Positions 35,476 to 45,822 of a DNA stretch of 47,019 nt are shown piece by piece. Made by a program: the position numbers and the translations under genes. The stretch covers positions 109,127,894 to 109,174,912 of the forward strand of contig NC_068986.1 of the NCBI RefSeq assembly GCF_001194135.2. The letters are read 5' to 3'. A model generated the notes under the pieces. That model was not told the origin of the DNA. It saw nothing but the letters and a program-made list of their open reading frames with translations, and did no database searches. This stretch comes from Octopus bimaculoides. Its lineage: Eukaryota. The stretch's first letter is position 1. Each line of letters opens with the position of its first letter.

Positions 35476-36471
35476 CATGTGTATGGTTTGGGGGAGATGT
35501 GGCTTCTATTTTTAACAGGTTGAGCAATTGTATTAGAGGCTTTGTGGCAGTTGTTAGTTACAGCAATGAGCATTATGTTAGTTATTCTTAAAAGAATCGA
35601 TGGACCAAGATACAACACAATGCTGGAGATTAAAATACGAAGCACTGGTTTCTGCTGTTTGGGACCCATGCTAGATATAACAAAGCAGGCTCAATATTAA
35701 GGCTCATCTCGCTATGGACCTCTTAATGCAGTATTATCTAACACTGCATTATCTAATGTGTTCTAATTTCTTTAAGTCAGTACCATAACAGGTCAAGTGA
35801 TCACTTAGAGGTTTCCTCATTGGTTTTGCTAATACATATTCTTTGTTAGTTGGCTAATAAGCAATCAATATACTTATAGTAAGTATATTTTAATTAGACT
35901 TACAACTCATAGTAATTAATTAGTCTTATTTATCTCAATCCAGTGTTATCAAACATCAAACGTCATTTACTGCTGGACTTTTCATAATCAGTTGCAATCC
36001 ATCAATGGATAATTAGTGTCATCAACCATTTAACGAAGAAGAGTTGTGTGAAATGAGTGGGATTAAAGTCACCAGCTCAGTTCGATGAAGTCATTTTATC
36101 ATTTTATTTTTTATTGTTTAATTACAATCATTCATTAACAACAATCTCATTAGACATGGCTAAAAGATGGGTTCTACGAGAGTTAGTTTGCTGCTCAAGC
36201 CTTGTGGTATTTGGTCTGGATTTTTACGCTCTGAGTTCAGATCCTGCTAAAGTTACTTTTGTCTTTCATTCTTTCAGTTTCATTAACTGAAGTAACAGTC
36301 CAGGACAGAAGAATGGTAAAATTGATGGAGAATTTAACAAGATCTTTTGTGGTAGCTGCTCTACTTCTTTGCATCCTAACTCCAACTTCTTCACCTTGCT
36401 GCAGTCCTATCAATTGTATGGTTATTATAAAACACTGGCACCAACTCCAATATCAAACAGGGGCTATTTAA

Positions 36472-36697
36472 CCTTTTTGATGCCAACCCAGCCGAAACCG
36501 ACTCTGGCTCTGAGTACAAATATCTTGTCTTCATAAGTTTTGAATTAAAATCTTCCACCAAACAAACCTTAGTCACAATTTATGTTCCTAACACTGGCTG
36601 AATGATAACTATGTTATTTTACTAAATTCTTTGTTATATTTAAAATTAAATTGAAAGAAACACAGAGCATCTCAACAGAAATATGGTAACGAAAAGG
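36472..36697. mobile_element. piggyBac-like MITE with TTAA TSD
   Basis: TTAA|CCTTTTTGATGCC...GGTAACGAAAAGG|TTAA (TTAA at 36468-71 and 36698-701). Confidence 0.75.
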
Positions 36698-36728
36698 TTA
36701 AAATATATAATAGAGAAACAATTCTTAA

Positions 36729-36797
36729 CCCTTTCGATACCAACCTGGCTGAAACCAGCTCTGGCTCTGTAGTACAAATGTCTTGTTTTCAAAAGTT
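36729..36797. mobile_element. Second, truncated copy of the same piggyBac-like MITE
   Basis: TTAA|CCCTTTCGATACCAACC...CTCTGGCTCTGTAGTACAAATGTCTTG matches 36472-36540. Confidence 0.7.
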
Positions 36798-37419
36798 CAT
36801 AACAGCCCTCTGCCTCAAGATGGCTGCAAGAAGATTTTATTTTCAGTTTATAATTATTTTTTATTCATCTCATAATTAAACAAAACAGTCAAAGTCTTCT
36901 TTGAAAACTCTTTCAATTCAGTAAATTATTTTTTTTACATAATTTTATTGATGTCTAAGTCAATATGTTAGTAAAATTCATGGTTGTTTAATTTACTAAT
37001 CTTTTGTAATTATTAATTATTATTATTGATTATTTGTATTAATAATATTTATTTTATTAATTCTTATATATTATAATATATAATATATAGAATAATATAT
37101 AGAATAATATTATAATATATAATATATAGAAACTGAAGATGCAATTTGATTTAGGTACTGCTTCTAGCAGGTCAAGCCACCATGTGGCGGTACCCTTGTT
37201 GGTAAGAAAAGTTACAGTAGGAAATGGTAGTTAAAAGTTATAAACGACCAAGCTGTAGATCAGTGGGACCCAACAATTTTTTGCCTATGACCCCGTTTCA
37301 CTCCTGTTTTACTCTACTGGACTCTCATAGCCTTTCAATATCTAAAAATCCCTATTGTATTTTTATAAGTGAGACCATAACCGTGACCTATGCCAGTGCA
37401 GCATAACCAGCCCATTTAA

Positions 37420-37910
37420 GAGTACCCTTTAATCATTGGGCAATAAAATGCGCTTGTGATGACCTGTTGAGGCAAGTGAAATCGTTGTTATGGCTGATGA
37501 CAGTAGCGCTTGATTGGCACCTGTGCCGGTGGCACATAAAAAGCACCATTCGAGCATGGCTGATGCCAGTGCTGGCTGACTGGTCCCATGCCGGTGGCAC
37601 GTAAAAAGCACCATTTGAACGTGGTTGTTACCAGTGCCGCCTGACTGGCTCCTGTGCCAGTGGCACGTAAAAAGCACCATTCGAGCATGATCGATGCCAG
37701 TACCACCTGACTGGCCCTCGTGCCGGTGGCATGTAAAAAGCACCACTACATTCTGCTGAGTGGTTGGCTTAAGAAAGGGCATTCAGCTGTAGAAACTTTG
37801 CCAAATCAGATCAGAGTCTGGTACAGCCTCCTGGCTTGCCAGCCCTCAGTCAAACCATCCAATCCATGCCAGCATGGAAATCAGATGTTAAACGACGATG
37901 ATGATGATGA
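37420..37910 (+). mobile_element. Family A copy with ~4 tandem subunits
   Basis: GGCAC(A/G)TAAAAAGCACCATT units, then tail ...AAACGACGATGATGATG. Confidence 0.8.
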
Positions 37911-39019
37911 TTATTAGGAATTATATTAAAAAATTGTTAAAATATTTTATATATAGTACAATTTATTGCACAAAATTTTATATGGACTCCCAAAGGTCAT
38001 GTAGACCACAGTTAAGAACCACTGCTGTACAAATAAAACCAAAAAGCTCAACACACACACAAGAACAAAAAAGAAAACAGGTCCAGTCCAAGTTTAAATA
38101 TTTAATGGGATTACATTAATCTAATGTCTATCAGCTGCTCATTGATGTGAGTGTGAAACATAACAAACATATTTGCAACAACAACAACAAGAACAAGCAG
38201 CAAGAGAAAAGAGATGGGGAGGGGAAACCAGGATTAAGGGCCGCAAGCATTTATCACAAAATGTGTACGCAGTTATTGATTTGTCCTCGCTTTTGTTCCA
38301 TAAGAACTTAAACATACAAACGCAGCACATTTTAACATGTTTATTTACTTATATGAGAAATTAAATTTTTGAATTATACACATAAAATTTAAACACACCA
38401 TTACATATGCAGGTACACAAACACACACAAACATGATACATGCATGTCCTATTTATACCTATATAATCATACATATATATACCTATATATATATTCATAT
38501 ATGCATATACACATATATACACACCGAGACATACACATCTATATATACACACAAACATACTTTCACATATATACACATTCTCTCTCTCCCTCACCTTCAC
38601 TCTCTCTTTCCCTCTCTGTCTCTCTGGTAGTTGAAATGGCTTTAGCTTCTATTTCTAATTTCAGTACATGGCGAAGCAGTTAGCTGATCCCAGATTATTA
38701 TTATATTTATGTATATAATTATAGAATATTTTGTATAATTCACCTATAAAGGTTATTTTAACATAGTGACTACTTGGTAAAATTATTAATTATCAATCAA
38801 TTAATTAATTGATTAATTAATTAATTAATCTTACCCTATATAATTATATATATATATACACTAGCTCATTGTAATTTTAGTATATGAATACTATGCACCT
38901 AATAAGCTGACCTTCCGAATTTTGTTATTCCAGATTGAAGGAGACAGCTGTAACAGTACTCTGAAAACATCTTACTAAACCCTGCTTTTCATAGCTGACT
39001 CATCCCCTACCACTGCCTT

Positions 39020-39570
39020 CGTACCATCGTCAACATCTGCTGGAGTGACTACATCACCAATGCTGGGGTCCTCAAGTGAGCAAGGGTCACCAGCCTGGAA
39101 GCCATTTTACTTGGGGGACAACTACGTTGGGCAAGATGTGTTGACAGAACGAAAGACGACCACCGACCCAAGATCATTATGTATGGTGAGCTCACCACTG
39201 GCCACCGCAACAGGGGGGGAACCAAAGAAGCTTTACAAGGACTGCCTGAAGCAGTGCCTTAGCATTTGTGACACTGATTATCGTGAGTGGTCCACTCTAA
39301 CAGCTGACCGTGCTGCTTGGCGCCATAGCAACAGCGATACCATCTCCTCGTTTGAGATCTCTCGCAGTGCCGCTCTTGAAGACAAACTTCAGAGGCAAAA
39401 AAATAATGAAGCTGCATCATCAGACCCTGGACAATCATAACTCTGTCATCATTGCAATCAGATATGTTGATCCCGTCATCAGCCTTATCAGCCACGAACA
39501 AGCATACAGATTACATGGACGACAGCCTTCCTAATCTTTGTCAACGAAGCCAAACCAAGAAGAAAGAAGA
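39020..39570 (+). mobile_element. RTE/BovB-like LINE 3' end
   Basis: HCLRTIVNICWSDYITN...QLRW...PKIIMYGELTTGHR...PKKLYKDCLKQCL...DRAAWR...CHHCNQIC..SLISH; (AAG)-rich tail. Confidence 0.9.
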
Positions 39571-39589
39571 GTTTTCAGACTGAAGGGAA

Positions 39590-39940
39590 TATGGAAGCTT
39601 GTTATGCATTAAAGTTGGGGGTTTGATTGAGCAAAAAGTCTATAGACACTAATGAAATGCTTCAGAATGCTTATGGATTACCTTTCTCACCAGCCCAAGA
39701 GGTTCAAAGGTGGTAGAGAGAAGGGGAGAGATGATGAGAAGTGTAGGAGGAAGGTGGGTATCAGAACTTCAGAGCTGGTTGCGAAAATTCACAATTTTCC
39801 AAATGAAGACAATCAAGTGTTTATAAAAATGATAAGCATACAGTTTGGAGTACGTGCAACAACTGAACACAGAATTATTCATGAAGATCTGAACATGCAC
39901 AAAATTTGTGCAAAGTTCGACCCTGGGGTGCTCAGCACAT
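39590..39940 (+). mobile_element. Mariner transposase N-terminal relic
   Basis: EMLQNAYG...KRFKGGREKGRDDEKC...HRIIHEDLNMHKICAKFDPGVLS. Confidence 0.85.
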
Positions 39941-40074
39941 ACAAAACACACACAAACACACACACACATAAATCCATTGCTTTATATTGAATGAATTAGA
40001 AAGGAGTGCTCAATACATACAGGGTATATGACTTTTTTATTGAAACAGAGTTTATCTCACAACTAATTCCATGC

Positions 40075-40233
40075 TACATTATTTACATTATTTACATTAT
40101 TTACATTTGACAGATATTTGTCCTCATCTTGTTTGTTGTTAACACAATGTTTCAGCTGATATACCCTCCAGCCTTCATCAGGTGTCTTGGGGAAATTTCG
40201 AACCTGGGTTCTCATTCTTAAGGTATTTTTCAA

Positions 40234-40270
<37 letters not shown>

Positions 40271-40295
40271 TTCAGGTCACTGCCTGGAATCAAAC
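40075..40295 (-). mobile_element. Inverted, 5'-truncated copy of the family E element
   Basis: Reverse complement of 40352-40540, about 95% identical by eye outside the (TAA)n. Confidence 0.9.
40141..40186 (-). ncRNA. Type I hammerhead fold, stem III mutated (ACGU to ACAU)
   Basis: GACAC-CUGAUGA-A-GGCUG-GAGGGUAUAU-CAGCU-GAAA-CA-UU^-GUGUU. Confidence 0.65.
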
Positions 40296-40299
40296 GCAC

Positions 40300-40564
40300 G
40301 GGCATATGGCATAGTGGTTAAGAGCACAGGCTACTAACCCCAAGATTCCGAGTTCAATTCCAGGCAGTGACCTGAATAATAATAATAATAACATCGAAAA
40401 ATACCTCAGGAATGAGAACCCAGGTTGGAAATTTCCCCAAGACACCTGATGAAGGCTGGAGGGTACATCAGCTGAAACGTTGTGTTAACAACAAACAAGA
40501 TGAGGACAAATATTGTCAAATGTAAATAATGTAAATAATTCCTCAGGTCTAAAATATAGAACTA
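40300..40564 (+). mobile_element. Family E: tRNA-headed SINE-like element carrying a hammerhead ribozyme
   Basis: A box TGGCATAGTGG (40307-17), B box GAGTTCAATTCC (40350-61), anticodon-like loop CT-ACT-AA, (AAT)n spacer, hammerhead, (TGTAAATAA)n tail. Confidence 0.85.
40441..40486 (+). ncRNA. Minimal type I hammerhead ribozyme (Penelope-type)
   Basis: GACAC-CUGAUGA-A-GGCUG-GAGGGUACAU-CAGCU-GAAA-CG-UU^-GUGUU; stems I and II pair, stem III is the ACGU palindrome. Confidence 0.8.
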
Positions 40565-41278
40565 TAGTTGAGATCTTCAGGTAAAGAAAGCAGTGGTGTG
40601 AAACTCGAGTCCCAAGAAGACAAACACCTAATTTCAGTTTGCATACATGCAAGCATATATGTATGTAGGTGTACGTACATGTATGTATGTATGTACGTAT
40701 GTTTAAAGAAAACCGTTGTTCTAGGTCCAGGTTTCGAGATCAAATCCAAAAGCATTGCAAAATAACCTACCTACAACAAGGTGAACTCTTTCTAAATCTA
40801 CCTGTATATCTGTCTACCTTTCATACTGTCTACCTTATTCTTTTGCACACACATACTTATCCTCTATCTCACTTTTACACACACGCCCACACACACACCC
40901 ACACCCACACAATCACACCCACACACAGTTTTTATATTACTACTTCACTCATTGTAAATACACATGTATCCGAGTATGTATGCACGTATGTATATACGCA
41001 TGCAGGCACGTATGTACGCACATCTGTAGATATGTAATGTATTTATAAATACATTTGCTGTACATTTTCGAAGGCTGATTTTGTTAAGTGGAGAAGCATA
41101 AATGTAAACCAATGTAGCTTGGTGGTGCAGCTGTTTCGCACTAAAACCTGAGTTGTTAAACTGTTTTACAAGTCAGTGACTCTTTGTGATCAATGGATCT
41201 TCCTTAGCCTTTGCTACAATCGTTGCAGGTTTTTTCTTTTTTTTTTTTTGTCATTTTGCACACACATACTTATCCTCA

Positions 41279-41666
41279 GGCGCAGGAGTGGCTGTGGTGA
41301 GTAGCTTGCTTACCAACCACATGGTTCCGGGTTCAGTACCACTGCGTAGCACCTTGGGCAAGTGTCTTCTACTATAGCCTCGGGCCGACCAAAGCCTTGT
41401 GAGTGGATTTGGTAGACAGAAACTGAAAGAAGCCTGTCGTATATATGTATATCTATGTGTTTGTTCCCCACCCCCCTCCAACATCGCTTGACAACCAATG
41501 CTGGTGTGTCTACGTCCCCGTAACTTAGCGGTTCAGCAAAAGAGGCCGATAGACTAAGTACTAGGCTTACAAAGAAGAGGTCCTGGGGTCGATTTGCTCA
41601 ACTAAAGGCGGTGCTCCAGCATGGCCACAGTCAAATGACTGAAACCAGTAAAAGGGTACAAGAGTA
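41279..41666 (+). mobile_element. SINE family B, young full-length copy
   Basis: GGCGCAGGAGTGGCTGTGG...GGTTCAGTACC...CCTTGGGCAAG...GTCAAATGACTGAAAC. Confidence 0.9.
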
Positions 41667-41708
41667 TTTCAAAAGTCCGCTGAAATTTCTCCTTGGCTGT
41701 GTGGTAAG

Positions 41709-41871
41709 CACTAGCATAGCTAGGGAAGGGGTGGGATCCACCCCGGGCAGCACTTTTAAAGGGGCAGTACTTTTGGGGACCTGCTATAGGCAATATGAGT
41801 TTTTTCGTGAGGTCCAGGAGTGGCAAACGGAAGGGCCATCCCAAGCGGCACACACACTAGCTGCACTAGTG
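41709..41871. mobile_element. hAT-type MITE inserted in a SINE B head
   Basis: 15-bp imperfect TIRs CACTAGCATAGCTAG / CTAGCTGCACTAGTG; 8-bp TSD GTGGTAAG at 41701-08 and 41872-79. Confidence 0.8.
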
Positions 41872-42080
41872 GTGGTAAGAAGTTTGTTTCCCAACCACAT
41901 GGGTCAGTGTTCAGTCCCACTGCATGGCACCTTGGGCAAGTGTCTTCTACTATAGCTTCGGGTTGACCAAAGCCTTGTGAGTGGAAAGAAGCCTGTTGTG
42001 TGTGTGTGTGTGTATCTTTGAGTTTGTCCCCTACCACCACTTGACAACTGGAGTTGATGTGTTTATATCCCTGTAACTAT
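41872..42080 (+). mobile_element. SINE family B (remainder of the copy interrupted by the MITE)
   Basis: Continues the head begun at 41693-41708. Confidence 0.75.
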
Positions 42081-42254
42081 GTAATGGTTCACTTGTCCGT
42101 AGAGTGCTCCACCTCTCGTGCATTAATTTCACAAACAAGCTGTTCTGTTGATTGGATCAGCTTGAACTCACAACCTTACTGTTGGGAGCTGAATACCTTA
42201 ACCACTTAGCCACATATCTTCACTGATGATGACTACAGAAACATTGGAGATGAA

Positions 42255-42485
42255 GGCGGCAAGCTAGCAGAAACGTTAGCGTGCTGGGCGAAATGCTTAG
42301 CAGTATTTCGTCTGCTGTTACGTTCTGAGTTCAAATTCTGCCAAGGTCAATTTTGCCTTTCTTCCTTTCAGGGTCGATAAATTAAGTACCAGTTATACAC
42401 TGGAGTCGATGTAATCGATTTACTCCCTTTGTCTGTCCTTGTTTGTCCCCTCTGTGTTTAGCCCCTTGTGGGCAATAAAGAAATA
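42255..42485 (+). mobile_element. SINE family C with 15-bp TSD
   Basis: AGAAACATTGGAGAT at 42237-42251 and 42486-42500. Confidence 0.9.
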
Positions 42486-42999
42486 AGAAACATTGGAGAT
42501 ATAGACAAAGTGAAGATGTTGAGTAAATCTAATTAATTGCTAAGTTTAGTAGGAGTGAGAGAAATAGAAAAGTATGAAGTTGTGTAGAAAGGTGCTTTTA
42601 ACGGGGGAATGTAATGATGTAATGGTTGGTGGAAGTGACGAAGAAGTGAATAGGGTAAAAGGTAGAGACATAGAGTATATGTGGGGGGAGGGGGTTGGAA
42701 GGAATAACAGGTGTGGAGAGTGAGATGTGATTTGTGAGAGAGGAGAGCCAGGAGAGTGGTGGTGGTAGCTGGTGTGGGTGTGTAGGAGGCAGTGTGTGTA
42801 TATGAGGCAGTGTGATGTAGGAGTTAACCAGTAACTGGCACACAGTGAGAAGGAAAGCAAATATGATTTTGATATGTATGTGGGTATGTACTGAAAAAAT
42901 ACGTGTGTGTGTGTGTGTGTGTGTGTGCTTCTGGTATTCATTAACATCAGTTTTATTAAATAGTTCAAAAACATTTCATTAAACACAATAACATACATT

Positions 43000-43395
43000 G
43001 TCGTTGTTGTCGTCATCATTTAACATCTGCTTTCCATGCTGGCCTGGGTTGGACCGAGAACTGGCAAGCCAGTAGGCTGCGTCAATCTCCAATCTGACTT
43101 GGCAAGATTTTTACAGCTCAATGTCCTTCCTAATGCCAACCACTCCAAGAATGTAGTGGGTGCCTTTTCTGTGCCACCAGCATGGAAACCAGTCAGGTGA
43201 CACTGACATCAGCCATGCTTGAATGGCGCTTTTTACATACCACCAGCACAGGTGCGTGTCAGGCAGCATTGGCATCAGCTATGCTTGAATGTTTTTTTTT
43301 TTACATGCCAATAAGATGGCACAGGCATCGGCCATGCTAAAATGGTGCTTTTTCTGTGTCACCAGCATGGGTGCCAATCAGGCAGCACTGGTATT
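43000..43395 (-). mobile_element. Family A copy (older, ~4 subunits)
   Basis: CATCATTTAACATCTGCTTTCCATGC...GTCCTTCCTAATGCCAACCAC plus subunits. Confidence 0.7.
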
Positions 43396-43559
43396 ACACA
43401 CACAGAGCTTGTTTCAGCGTCTATCAACCAAATCCACTCACAATGTCTTACTTAGCCCAGATTTATAGTAAAAGACACTTGCCAGTGGAATTGAAACCCA
43501 AACCATGTCGTTAGAGAGCAAACATCTTAACACAGCCACACTTGATCAATGAATTTCAA

Positions 43560-43920
43560 ACATCAAGCAATCATATATTTCAAAATTTGCAAGGTCTTCT
43601 TCAGAGCAGAGACTCTTCAGAGACTCTTCTTCCCTGTGGAGCTGAAACTTGGACTAGAAAGAATGAGCTTCAAGATTACTTTCATGGTACACAGACCAGG
43701 TTTCTCACAAGGGTTCAAAACATCATATGGCATGGTTACAAGAACAAAGAGGAGATTTATGGACCTATCCCACCCATCTCTATTCAGAGTAGGTTTTACT
43801 GGCCATTAATGTCATGCTGAACACCAGGTTATTTCTGATGTTATAGATTGGAGACTTCCACACTTTAATACGGAACAAAGACCATTCATTTATATCAATG
43901 TTATTGGCAGAGACACATAA
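43560..43920 (+). mobile_element. RTE-clade LINE ORF2 C-terminal relic (different subfamily)
   Basis: LLPCGAETWT...FHGTQTRFLTRVQNIIW...NKEEIYGPIPPIS. Confidence 0.7.
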
Positions 43921-44010
43921 GTTGAAAGTAAGGAATAATTGAAACTAAGGAGGGCATGAATTCTTGGAGCTGCATCATGAAACACTTCTTGGTTGTGGCT
44001 ATTTGGAGAA

Positions 44011-44388
44011 TCTTTTCATCTTTTACTTGTTTCAATCATTAGACTGCGGCCATTCTGGGGCACCACCTTGAAAAGTATTTAGTTGAATGAATCGACTCTA
44101 GTTCTTACTTTTTCCTTTTTGAGTCTCCTACTTATTGCTGAGTCACCAATTTACGGGAACATAAACACACCAACACCAGTAGTCAAGCAGTGTTGGGGAG
44201 GGAAACAGAAACACACACACACACACAAATATGTAATAGGCTTCTTTCAGTTTCAATCAACCAAATCCACTCACAAGGCTTTGGTCAGCCTGATACTGTA
44301 GTAGAATTTGCCCTATGTGCCACATAATGGGACCGAACCCAGGACCATGTGGTTGGGAAGCAAGCTTCTTACCACACAGTTATGCCTG
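44011..44388 (-). mobile_element. SINE family B, full length (older)
   Basis: TTTTACTTGTTTCAATCATTAGACTGCGGCC...GGGAAGCAAGCTTCTTACCACACAG. Confidence 0.8.
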
Positions 44389-45784
44389 AATTTTTTTCCT
44401 CACAACTTCTACACTCAAGTCAAATATGATTGTATCATTGCAATCACAAAGGAATCCAAATCGCATCCATATCTGTGACAGCAACTTCATGTACTAAAAA
44501 TGGTACACCTATTATTATACAGACGGGATTTAATGGAGCAGAGCCTATAATTATATCTGAAGGCATCTCTGGATAATTGAGATATGAAAAGCAAATTGAT
44601 CAATAAAATAAATGTTAACCTGTCTTGGAAAGATAAATAGATTAACTGATTATCCCTTAAGACTCAGTCTAAAACCCAACATCTATGCTACTAGTAGAAC
44701 CCTCTACACCACAATACCACCACCACCACCACCACCAGTCTGAGACAGAAATAGGAAAAAAGAGAAAGAATAAAGCAAAGGGAGTATTTAGAATAGAGAA
44801 GTTTAGAAAGGAGAGCAGAGAGGGGGGAGAGAGAAAGAGAAAAGCTTGGGATGAGATGAGGTTGTTGAGAAAAAGGGTGAGTTCAGTGCAATGAAGAGAG
44901 GAGGAGGGTGAGAGAATGAGCAATGAGGAGAGAGAGAGAGAGAGAGAGATTGTGAGAGGACGTGAATCTGTTTATTAATTGCAAATAAAATAACAAAAAA
45001 CAAAAAACAAAGGGAGGCTCTATGCTAGAAATGGAAACTAAATCCCTCCTCACTGTCTTAAGAAAACACAAAACATAGTCCTAGAATACAAGAGACGGAA
45101 TGGTCTCGTCTGGAACGTCTTTGATCGATTATCATGTAGAGCAGGGGGTAAATAAGTGAGAGAGAAATATCATCTTCAGAGTGAGTGTGTGTATGAGAGA
45201 GAAACCACCTCCCCTCTCCCGCCAAAATGCAATAATGCAAAATAAAATGATAAAGTTTACTTAAAAATCGATAAAAATTGATAATAAATTGATTTGTGAG
45301 ACAAGCAGAAAAATTTAGTTCATACCTTTCTCACAAAAATTAAAGAAAAAACGAAATGACCGAGTAGACTCTATGATTAAAGGCGTCCCAGCCATGACCA
45401 TCCTATCTGTTGTCTAATGTTTTTAAAGACGGCGGGGATATGATGAAGGAGATTTAACTGCTATTTCTAAAAGTTCGACCGATGTCCCATCGTTGACATA
45501 ACTTTCTGGTCGTGAAGAATTGTCTTTCAAGACGATCAAACGTGTATCTTCTTCAAAATTAATTTGCTTTCCACCACGTCTCTCTATATCTTAGCGTCGT
45601 AAAATATTCACTATCATCTTATTTATTTTTTCTTTTCTCACACTCAAAACTTCGACATCTTTTCCATGTATGAAAACAGCAACAATACAAACTCGCCTAA
45701 TATTAGTTTTTAATATATTCTATTATACAATTACGAAAAAACACTCGTTGCATTTCTTAATATAGTCCTGTTTTGTTATATATG

Positions 45785-45822
<38 letters not shown>

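Noticed and set aside
35724-35751. 9-bp hairpin TAATGCAGT/ACTGCATTA
   Set aside because: Short, AT-rich, and expected by chance in 47 kb
40300-40372. tRNA gene (also heads at 18711, 12847, 34436)
   Set aside because: Acceptor and T stems do not pair fully, and each head continues into a repeat body; these are SINE heads
42215-42251. CTGATGA-TGACTACA-GAAA-CATT motif
   Set aside because: Only a 2-bp stem II, and the stem I register is one base off; likely chance
44669-44923. ORFs with poly-His/poly-Trp and a basic stretch
   Set aside because: Derived from a (CAC)n repeat and a purine-rich tract; no splice or codon evidence
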